A stretch of DNA of 13,131 bases from Candidatus Hodarchaeota archaeon (lineage in GTDB: Archaea; Asgardarchaeota; Heimdallarchaeia; Hodarchaeales; Hodarchaeaceae): the NCBI GenBank assembly GCA_016840035.1, contig JAEOTC010000269.1, positions 1-13,131 of the forward strand, read 5' to 3'. Below are positions 1-7,221 of the stretch, in pieces. Both the position numbers and the translations under genes were made by a program. Positions within the stretch are counted from its first letter, which is position 1; every line of letters starts with the position of its first letter. The notes under the pieces are model-generated. The model was not told the DNA's origin and made no database searches. It saw only the letters and a list, made by a program, of their open reading frames with translations.

Positions 1-198
1 ACGGATTTTAATAAACGACGAACTCGAAAAAAAGCGGGAGAAGTTTACTTAGCGATTAGTACAAAATCCGACTCTCTCTCTGTGCAGTTAGATGTCGATT
101 CTACTCTCCCACGAGTTCAGATGCGTCAGGAAATAAGTTGGAAAATATTAACCCAACTGGAATTGTTTTTGAAGTCCCTTGAATTGCCAAAACCATAG
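1..198 (+). CDS. 3' part of a CinA/PncC-like (NMN deamidase-type) C-terminal domain protein, truncated by the window edge
   Basis: Frame 1 is open from base 1 to TAG at 196-198: TDFNKRRTRKKAGEVYLAISTKSDSLSVQLDVDSTLPRVQMRQEISWKILTQLELFLKSLELPKP. The K-x-G-x-V-Y-L-A-I ... R-x-x-x-R ... L pattern resembles the end of CinA domains. A T-run follows immediately. Not in the ORF track because there is no start in the window. Confidence 0.6.
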   Translation, partial: TDFNKRRTRKKAGEVYLAISTKSDSLSVQLDVDSTLPRVQMRQEISWKILTQLELFLKSLELPKP

Positions 199-205
199 TT
201 TTTTT
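199..205 (+). terminator. oligo-T archaeal-type terminator candidate
   Basis: T-run directly after the TAG at 196-198. Confidence 0.5.
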
Positions 206-243
206 AACCGAAATTCTTAGATCTTTTCTTACATGTAATTATG

Positions 244-251
244 TTTATATA
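244..251 (+). promoter_or_regulatory. TATA-box candidate (TTTATATA) for the leader/rio1 transcript
   Basis: Matches the archaeal TTTAWATA consensus and would place a start site near 270-280, just before the uORF SD at 296-302. The BRE is weak and the region is AT-rich. Confidence 0.4.
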
Positions 252-311
252 TGGAAAGACAAGAATTTCGTCATTTTCATGATAACCAAAGACCCGAGGT
301 GAATTTGTGCA

Positions 312-389
312 ATGTTAAGTAACACAATGTTAATGAAAATCCATTTGGCTCATTCTACTTGCACAAAAATCGCGGGTAATTTGAGATAG
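312..389 (+). CDS. putative 25-aa leader peptide/uORF (MLSNTMLMKIHLAHSTCTKIAGNLR)
   Basis: GAGGTGA SD at 296-302, ATG at 312-314, TAG at 387-389. No recognisable homology. Confidence 0.35.
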   Translation: MLSNTMLMKIHLAHSTCTKIAGNLR

Positions 390-795
390 GGACACTGTCT
401 ATCGATTCTCATTTTTCTTTTGCTTATTTTGCAAGTAGGGCTTAGAGATACAAATCCAGATGGATTTTTTTAAAAAAATACCCTTGAAACATACGTTCAA
501 TCCATTAGCTTGGATTGAATTTCATAATCTTTGATTTTAAGTGATCAAGATGCGAAAATTCAGAAGTTCCGTAGTCATATCTCCTTTCATCAGTGGATAC
601 TCCGTATTTCAGTCATAGAAAGCGTTTAAGCAAAATGTTTTTATAGTGAAGTTATAAAAACTGATTGTACTGTTGATAGACAGTCTTTAGTGGTGAAAAA
701 CAATATTGAAGGAAAATTTACCTTTAAAAGTAACTTTCAGAATAATAAGCGGTATATGTAGAAGAAATACTGATTATTCGTTCACCAGGAGGTGT
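335..795 (+). ncRNA. putative structured RNA / cis-regulatory 5' leader of rio1 (no known family recognised)
   Basis: Hand-paired stems: 335-348/456-469 (14 bp), 353-363/430-440 (11 bp), 385-390/398-403, 495-504/511-520 (10 bp), 527-536/543-551, 637-646/652-661 (10 bp), 669-674/679-684, 691-697/781-787, 706-712/721-727, 740-746/773-779, 750-755/767-772, 577-585/787-795. The non-Watson-Crick pairs within these stems are G-U on the + strand. Confidence 0.6.
788..794 (+). promoter_or_regulatory. Shine-Dalgarno GGAGGTG of rio1
   Basis: Strong archaeal SD consensus 6 nt upstream of ATG at 801. Confidence 0.75.
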
Positions 796-800
796 TTAAA

Positions 801-1760
801 ATGAGTTCAGATCACAATCAGAGAATCGGATTTGAAAGATATGGGAAAATCGCTCCTGGACGGGAAGAGTATCGAATTTCCCGGGAGAGTAAAGTCCAGC
901 CAAAAGAGGTTCGGATCACAGATGCGATAACTCAACTTCTTGAAACTCGGAAAGTAAGACAGGTGTATTCTGTTATCGGAGGGGGAAAAGAAGCTACTGT
1001 TTTATTAGGTGAGGATCCAGAAGGAAAGCTTGTTTGTGCTAAAGTATTTCGTTTCTATACAAGTACAAACAGAAAACGTCTCAAGGGAACTAAACATCTC
1101 TTGCATAGTGATATGGCAATGATCGCTGCAAGACAGGAATATTGGAACCTCCATGCAATGGTCAAACAAACTTCTGTACCAAAACCTATTGCTCTCCTCG
1201 AGAATATTGTCTTAATGGAATTCATTTCGGAAAATCCATCCAATCCTATGATTCCAGCACCTTTAATCAGGGATGTTGATCTCACATCTTTCAATCCAGA
1301 AGAAATCCTCTATTCAGCAATTGATATATTGGCTCAAGTATTTCTCAAATCTCAGATGATCCATGGAGACTTTTCTGAACACAATCTTATGATCCAAACA
1401 CATTCTGGAAAGCTTTTTACAATGGATGTTTCTCAGTCTGTAGAATATAATAGTAAGACATTCGTCAATACCCCTGTACGCATTCGTATTGACAGAGCTG
1501 TTAAAATGCTCGAAATTGATATTAAAAATATTAACCAGTTCTTTAGAAGGATCTATAGGATAAGCATTGATCCTGAGGAAGTGAAGGAAGAAATCATTTC
1601 TGAACTACCTCAACATCTGAAAGATTTTCTCGCTGAAAAAACTATGAATGTTTATCCAGGTGAGTTAGTAGCGCATGAGTCTTTCTTGGGGAAAGGGCAA
1701 CATAGAAATGATCTCGTGGTGAAAAGAAGGCGTAGAGTTCGTCAAGCTCCGAAACGATAA
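801..1760 (+). CDS. rio1: RIO1-family atypical Ser/Thr kinase/ATPase (small ribosomal subunit maturation)
   Basis: P-loop IGGGKEATV, beta3 AKVFR, helix-C QEYWNL, catalytic loop HGDFSEHN, metal-binding DVSQSVE, DIKNINQFF. No N-terminal wHTH of Rio2 is apparent. Start moved from GTG 792 (inside the SD) to ATG 801. Confidence 0.92.
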   Translation: MSSDHNQRIGFERYGKIAPGREEYRISRESKVQPKEVRITDAITQLLETRKVRQVYSVIGGGKEATVLLGEDPEGKLVCAKVFRFYTSTNRKRLKGTKHLLHSDMAMIAARQEYWNLHAMVKQTSVPKPIALLENIVLMEFISENPSNPMIPAPLIRDVDLTSFNPEEILYSAIDILAQVFLKSQMIHGDFSEHNLMIQTHSGKLFTMDVSQSVEYNSKTFVNTPVRIRIDRAVKMLEIDIKNINQFFRRIYRISIDPEEVKEEIISELPQHLKDFLAEKTMNVYPGELVAHESFLGKGQHRNDLVVKRRRRVRQAPKR

Positions 1761-1766
1761 ATCAAA

Positions 1767-1776
1767 TTTGTTTTTT
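1767..1776 (+). terminator. oligo-T terminator candidate after rio1
   Basis: TTTGTTTTTT a few nt after the TAA. Confidence 0.45.
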
Positions 1777-1912
1777 ATTGTCTCAAACCCTGCCCAGAGT
1801 CATGGTGATAACCCTTTTAAAAGATGAAATCATAAGTAATTGGTCGAGCAGATAATTTGACGAAAATTCGAGAAAACAGCATGAGGGTAATGTTGTAGGG
1901 TGTTTTGATGAA

Positions 1913-2137
1913 ATGAGTAACGAGAATTTCCAAGAAGTTGTAGAACGACTGAAACGTTCGGTTGAGGATCAGAAAAACAAGAAAGCAAACATTTCTCTTG
2001 AGGATCAGTTAAAAGTTTTACGACAAGAGAGAGAAAGGCAGATTCAAATAGACCAAGTATATCAACGTAGAAAAGAAACTGCCGCGAAGCAATTAAGAGA
2101 AGGAATGAAAGAAATTAGAGACAAATTAGACCTTTAA
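1913..2137 (+). CDS. hypothetical small charged helical/coiled-coil protein (74 aa)
   Basis: ATG-started non-overlapping ORF, E/K/R/Q-rich, no Pro, amphipathic periodicity. Confidence 0.75.
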   Translation: MSNENFQEVVERLKRSVEDQKNKKANISLEDQLKVLRQERERQIQIDQVYQRRKETAAKQLREGMKEIRDKLDL

Positions 2138-2142
2138 TTCTT

Positions 2143-2238
2143 CTATTTGATTCTTTGGCCTCCTCTTAATTCTCTTAGAGCGTACACCAAAAATCGGAGA
2201 TGTTTTCCTTGTCTAGATCTTGATTTCGTATGCACCAT
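2143..2238 (-). CDS. candidate small basic protein (31 aa, MVHTKSRSRQGKHLRFLVYALRELRGGQRIK)
   Basis: ATG at 2238-2236, TAG at 2145-2143, converging on the 74-aa gene with a 5-nt gap. Below the ORF-track cutoff; no clear SD. Confidence 0.3.
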   Translation of the reverse strand: MVHTKSRSRQGKHLRFLVYALRELRGGQRIK

Positions 2239-2369
2239 TCTCTAATTTTATAATTAACATTCAGTTTTTCCATAGCAAGCGTTTTTACATAACATTTCTA
2301 GGAACCTAAATTAAGGGATATTCAAGAATATTGACTATAATTACTTTGAAAAGTGATTGAGGCTTTTTA

Positions 2370-5300
2370 TTGAAATCAACAACTTATCAATATACATATT
2401 TCATTGCAAGATTGATTTTAGTACTCTTACTTTTATTCCCAAGTCCATTATTTATATTAAGTGGTCAGTTAGGGAGTAAATCATTAAATAATGCGATTTC
2501 AAGTCAAAAGAGTAACGAAGAATCTACCCTTCATCTCTTCACGTATAAGCACGAAGAAATGGAGGAGATAATGAACTATTTTGTCCAAAATTTCAACAAA
2601 GTACCAAAATTTTTCCAGAATGTGCAGATAGGTATGGTATCTATTACAGAGGAGGAATATACCGACGTTCGTAGTACTTTTGGCTTGTTTTCTTCCCGTA
2701 TGCAAACTTCTAGCGTAATAAATGTCCTCCCTTCGATTGAGGAGTTAAATATCCAAAGGATCCGAGCATCTAGCCAGGGTCTTCAACTTCCCAGTAGTAT
2801 TGTTAACGCTTCAGTACAAATAGGAAAGGGATATGATGGTTCGGGTATTAAGATAGCTATCTTAGATTCAGGAATAGATACCACTCATCCTGATATAGAT
2901 AATGTTGGGTATCAAGAGTCCTTCATTTTACCTGAATATGGATTTTCTTCCGAAGAGGGGACTTCTGATTTACATGGTCATGGCACGCATGTTACTGGAA
3001 TTGCAGCAGCGAGTGGTTCATATCCAGGAATTGCTCCTGGATCAGAAATCGTTAATTTAAAAGTAGCAGATATGTTTGGTGGTGCTTCCAGTGCAGCAGT
3101 AATTGCCGCTTTGGATAAAGCTATCGAGCTAAATGTTGATGTAGTCTCAATTTCACTCGGATTCGGTCTTACGGATCCTTGGGGCTCAGAAAATGTTTTA
3201 GATCTTGCGGTAAATTCTGCTGTTGAACATGGAATAATCGTTGTCGTTTCTGCCGGTAATGAAGCTGATAGTTCTACTCCTTTCATGACAATAAATACTC
3301 CTGCTTCCGCACAAAAAGCAATTACAGTTGGAGCTACAAACGGGAGTGAGAATGTCGTACGATTTTCAAGTCAAGGGCCTACGTTTGATTTTCGTCCAGA
3401 CCCTGATCTCGTAGCTCCAGGATATCAAATAATTGGGCCTCTTGCTTCAGGAGGTGTGATTGATTTAGCCTATAATGCTTTAGTTGATGTATCTATTGTG
3501 GATTATGTGATATTGTCAGGTACCTCAATGGCAGCTCCTGTTGTGAGTGGAGCAGTAGCTTTACTTTTAGATCAATTTCCTAATGCTTCTCCGTATGCTA
3601 TACGAGCTGCACTCCAAGAATCTGCAACTGATCTAGGTGAAAGTGAAACTATCTATACTCAAGGAGCTGGATTGATTAACGTTGGTTTAGCTGCAGAGGA
3701 GTTAGAGAGGACTCAAATTAGCTCTGGTTTTGAAATTATTTCAACAAATCCTAGAGCAAATGATAGAGCTATAGAATTTTTTCATCCAGCAAGATTTCCA
3801 GGAGATCAGGCAGAATTCACACTACCCTTTGTTACTGGATCAGCTGGAACCATCACATGGGAAATCAGTGGTGAAATTAGTTCATTTATTGAATTTGACA
3901 CTACACCTACAGTTATTCCCTCTGCTAAATATTTTGAGAAATTAATTACAATCGATATTCCCTTGAATGTTCCTTCAGGGCTTTATCAGGGAGATATTGG
4001 ATTCTCTTTTGGTACAAAGGATTATGAACTTCCAATTTCGATTGAAGTACTCCTACCGAAGGATAAACTTTATTGGGATACATATCACACTGGGGTCGAT
4101 GATTCATATTTCCTTAATTATAGATCCTTTAATCAGTATATCCAAGGACCAAACCATCGTTATGATATAGATGACTATACTTCTCCCATTGTTAACGCGA
4201 ATCTAACACAGAGTGGTATATTAGTTTTAACGGATCTTGAAAATCCCTTAACTTCTCGCGAAATTAAGGAAATTAAGAACTTTCACAATAATAACGGATC
4301 TATTCTTATGATGACTTCATTCCTACCATATTTCAACCTTGATCCCTATGAAAAGATCGTAAAAGCATTAAATTTACCAATTAACCTTTCTGATAACAGA
4401 GAATTTGTTAATTATGTTGATAATGGACGTGAAAGATATCCAGTCCCTTGGACCCTATCTTTAGAGAGTTTAGAAATAAGTTTAGGCAACCCATTCCTTA
4501 AAGATGTTGAAGAACTTCCAAAATTAGGAGAAAATGCATTCTACGGTAATATGACAGACGAGTCTTTAACTCACTATGCTCAGATTGATGATCATCTGCT
4601 TTTAGCAAGTATAGAGAAATCCAATAAAGGAAAAGTTTTGATACTGGGAACAGAAAATTGGTTGGCACCATCTTATCTTCAAAGTACTTCTGGTGAAATA
4701 TTTACGACAAATATTCTTAAATGGTTGTCTCCTGACCAACCCGCATTTAATGTGCGGTTTGATCCACTGAGTAATGATATAGAGATTGCAGTCTATCCAG
4801 AATCAGCTCAAAATTTTTCCCTTTCAATTGAATTAGCAAATGGTACAAAGATTTCTAATATAGCAGTTTTTTATGATCAATACCTCAACTTTTCCTATAG
4901 GCAGTATAAGCTAAATAGCGTTGAGGGGGTTGAAATTAAGGCAAACATTTTTGGAGATCATCCAGAAAAATTTAATGTGACTTTTAACATATTTCTGTCT
5001 TCAAGTAACCTTCCTCTTGTTGAAGAAATATTAGTAGGTTCGATCGATGAAGCGGGTGTCCAAAAACCGTCATGGTGGGAAGAATCAGAAACACTCGTTG
5101 ACACTGGATTAATATTATCAGTGAATCATTCAACATCCGCAAGAATTTCAGCAACTGCTTTAATATTCAGTCAATATCAGAAATCGCTTGATGTAATCCT
5201 TCCTCCTCTAACGTCCCCATTTTTTGAGGTTAGTTACGTAGACGAAATAAACTTTACTAATGAATCGTTGGAATTAAAATCAGCGCTTTGGGATAAACCA

Positions 5301-6092
5301 GACGGTTTACTAACTGGCTACTATAGTTATGAAGTTCAAGTATGGTGGAAAAATGAATTTAATCAAATTGTTTTGCTAGAATCTATTCGAGAAACCTTTT
5401 TCGTTCCAGATACTGAACCTGAAATACACATTGATCAGAGTTACGTTGGAGATTTAACCATAAATGACCATCGGAATATACTTACTTTCGAAGATCTTCC
5501 AAAATGGAAACCAGGAGAACAGATTGATATTTACTTACAGCTTCTGGATGTCGAATCAAGTCATTTTGAGGTATATTATCAGCTTCTTCATTATTATCTC
5601 TTCGCTGCAGATAGAATCGTATTAAATACCCATATTCTGTATCCTACTTCTTCAGATAGTAGTATTCATTCAGGGATATTTTCTGTACCCGATCTTCCAA
5701 TTCCATTACCAGATGAGGAGGGATTTGAAGTGGAATTAGTTGGTGAATATTTTGTCCTCCTATTCTTTATACGAGATGCCCAAGGAAATTCAATTATTGA
5801 ACCAATCTTTTTTCAAATCTCATCTGCGGGAGCAATGGATATGACACTTGTTATTGTTGTTGTATTATTTGCGCTCGTAGCAACTGGAGTGATAGTATTT
5901 CTCCTTCAACGAAACCAACGAAGAATGTATGATCCTTACTCCTATCATCAAACCCGAACCCAAGAAGTTAGTACAAAACCTAAATCTTCTTTACATAAGT
6001 ATTGTATTAACTGTGGACAACGATTAGCCTTTCAAGCTCAGTACTGCCCATATTGTGGTAAAATCCTAAATTTTGATTATGAAAATCAGTAA
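2370..6092 (+). CDS. membrane-anchored S8 subtilisin-like serine protease, site-1-protease (MBTPS1)-like architecture, with C-terminal TM helix and zinc ribbon
   Basis: N-terminal hydrophobic signal/anchor; putative prodomain; triad ILD166SG, HGH204GTH, GTS386MAAP; oxyanion SAGNE; WDTYH...GILVLTDLE...EI GATase/GIFT-like domain; TM MTLVIVVVLFALVATGVIVFLL; CINCG...CPYCG. The TTG start is uncertain. Confidence 0.93.
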   Translation: MKSTTYQYTYFIARLILVLLLLFPSPLFILSGQLGSKSLNNAISSQKSNEESTLHLFTYKHEEMEEIMNYFVQNFNKVPKFFQNVQIGMVSITEEEYTDVRSTFGLFSSRMQTSSVINVLPSIEELNIQRIRASSQGLQLPSSIVNASVQIGKGYDGSGIKIAILDSGIDTTHPDIDNVGYQESFILPEYGFSSEEGTSDLHGHGTHVTGIAAASGSYPGIAPGSEIVNLKVADMFGGASSAAVIAALDKAIELNVDVVSISLGFGLTDPWGSENVLDLAVNSAVEHGIIVVVSAGNEADSSTPFMTINTPASAQKAITVGATNGSENVVRFSSQGPTFDFRPDPDLVAPGYQIIGPLASGGVIDLAYNALVDVSIVDYVILSGTSMAAPVVSGAVALLLDQFPNASPYAIRAALQESATDLGESETIYTQGAGLINVGLAAEELERTQISSGFEIISTNPRANDRAIEFFHPARFPGDQAEFTLPFVTGSAGTITWEISGEISSFIEFDTTPTVIPSAKYFEKLITIDIPLNVPSGLYQGDIGFSFGTKDYELPISIEVLLPKDKLYWDTYHTGVDDSYFLNYRSFNQYIQGPNHRYDIDDYTSPIVNANLTQSGILVLTDLENPLTSREIKEIKNFHNNNGSILMMTSFLPYFNLDPYEKIVKALNLPINLSDNREFVNYVDNGRERYPVPWTLSLESLEISLGNPFLKDVEELPKLGENAFYGNMTDESLTHYAQIDDHLLLASIEKSNKGKVLILGTENWLAPSYLQSTSGEIFTTNILKWLSPDQPAFNVRFDPLSNDIEIAVYPESAQNFSLSIELANGTKISNIAVFYDQYLNFSYRQYKLNSVEGVEIKANIFGDHPEKFNVTFNIFLSSSNLPLVEEILVGSIDEAGVQKPSWWEESETLVDTGLILSVNHSTSARISATALIFSQYQKSLDVILPPLTSPFFEVSYVDEINFTNESLELKSALWDKPDGLLTGYYSYEVQVWWKNEFNQIVLLESIRETFFVPDTEPEIHIDQSYVGDLTINDHRNILTFEDLPKWKPGEQIDIYLQLLDVESSHFEVYYQLLHYYLFAADRIVLNTHILYPTSSDSSIHSGIFSVPDLPIPLPDEEGFEVELVGEYFVLLFFIRDAQGNSIIEPIFFQISSAGAMDMTLVIVVVLFALVATGVIVFLLQRNQRRMYDPYSYHQTRTQEVSTKPKSSLHKYCINCGQRLAFQAQYCPYCGKILNFDYENQ

Positions 6093-6123
6093 TCGTATTA
6101 TTCAGGACTCAAGGGAAAGATAA

Positions 6124-7221
6124 ATGAAATACAAACAGTATGTCATTAAAAGAATTCTTCTATTGATTCCTGTAATGCTCGGAATTAGTTTTACTAGTTG
6201 GTATTTGAGTGATATAATTGGAGATCCCCTTGCTGCTCATATAAATCCTTTTCAATTGGATGTGATGACGAATGATGAATTGGATGCAATGAGCGAAGAA
6301 TTAGGCTTGAATCGGCCTTGGTATATTCGTTTCATTGACCATACAATCAAGCTAATTCAAGGAGATTGGGGGATTAGTCCCAAAGTATTCCGAGGATCGG
6401 CTATTCTTGATTTACTAATTGTTAGATTACCTGCGACGATTGAATTAGCCATCATTTCGATGATCATCGCAATAAGTGTAGGTATTCCCCTAGGAGTATT
6501 ATCAGCAATTAAGAAAAACATGAAAACGGATGTATTCGCGCGTTTAACGTCATTAGTGGGAGTAGCTATACCAGTATTTGTGTTAGGTATGTTAATTCAA
6601 GCGGTTATTCATGATGGTAGCATGTGGATTAGTGAGTTCTTTTTCCAAGACCATCGGTTACTTGGTTTGATACCTTATGAAGGTAGGTACCACCAGGATT
6701 ACTTTGAATATCCTTCGAAAATACTATTTGGTCTATTCCCTTCTACTGGATTATTGACTCTTGATAGTCTACTTTCATTTAATATTGTGTTATTCTTTGA
6801 TTCCCTTTTACACATAATTATACCCGCTTGTGTATTAGCTTACTCTCAGGTAGCAATTATATCTCGAATGACAAGAGCGAGTATGCTAGAGACATTGAAG
6901 GAAGATTACATACTTTTAGCTAGAGCGAAAGGATTATCAGAAAGAACAGTAATTTACAAGCATGCTCTAAGAAATGCTATCTTTCCTACGTTTACGATTG
7001 GTTCTATAATCCTTGCTACACTCTTAACAGGATCAGTTCTAATTGAAACTGTTTTTAGATGGCCAGGATTGGGAACATTTGCAACAGATGGGATTAATTC
7101 TATAGATATGGCAATTATCCAAGGATTTGTAATGATCTCTGCCATTATTTTCGTAATTACAAACCTCATTGTTGATCTTGTTTATGGTTATTTAGACCCA
7201 AGAATAAGGTTATTAGAATAA
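6124..7221 (+). CDS. dppB: ABC peptide/nickel transporter permease, DppB/OppB type
   Basis: N-terminal YVIKRILLLIPV, LGLNRPWY, RLPATIELA, EAA loop EDYILLARAKGLSERTVIYKHALRNA, IETVFRWPGLG, C-terminal DLVYGYLDPRI. Confidence 0.93.
   Translation: MKYKQYVIKRILLLIPVMLGISFTSWYLSDIIGDPLAAHINPFQLDVMTNDELDAMSEELGLNRPWYIRFIDHTIKLIQGDWGISPKVFRGSAILDLLIVRLPATIELAIISMIIAISVGIPLGVLSAIKKNMKTDVFARLTSLVGVAIPVFVLGMLIQAVIHDGSMWISEFFFQDHRLLGLIPYEGRYHQDYFEYPSKILFGLFPSTGLLTLDSLLSFNIVLFFDSLLHIIIPACVLAYSQVAIISRMTRASMLETLKEDYILLARAKGLSERTVIYKHALRNAIFPTFTIGSIILATLLTGSVLIETVFRWPGLGTFATDGINSIDMAIIQGFVMISAIIFVITNLIVDLVYGYLDPRIRLLE

Noticed and set aside
251-322. 23-aa ORF MERQEFRHFHDNQRPEVNLCNVK and hairpin 251-280
   Set aside because: No SD, and it starts inside the TATA candidate, so it is probably upstream of the transcript; length is within chance.
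312-473. TAG read-through of the uORF giving a hydrophobic extension (GHCLSILIFLLLILQV...), suggesting pyrrolysine recoding or a type I toxin
   Set aside because: No recoding evidence in the window, and the hydrophobic codons follow simply from the T-rich 3' arm of the hairpin.
792-800. GTG start of rio1 given by the ORF track
   Set aside because: The GTG is part of the GGAGGTG SD; ATG 801 is correctly spaced from it.
199-800. RNase P RNA, SRP RNA, tRNA, C/D guide or CRISPR array in the long intergenic region
   Set aside because: No GAGGAAAGUCC-type RNase P motif, no SRP helix-8 motif, no cloverleaf, no well-placed C/D box pair and no regularly spaced repeats.
1055-1294. 79-aa minus-strand ORF
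   Set aside because: Antisense shadow of rio1 with no motifs.
2499-4170. ORFs 2499-2705(-), 2978-3286(-) and 3967-4170(+)
   Set aside because: Wholly inside the well-supported protease gene; no independent coding signal.
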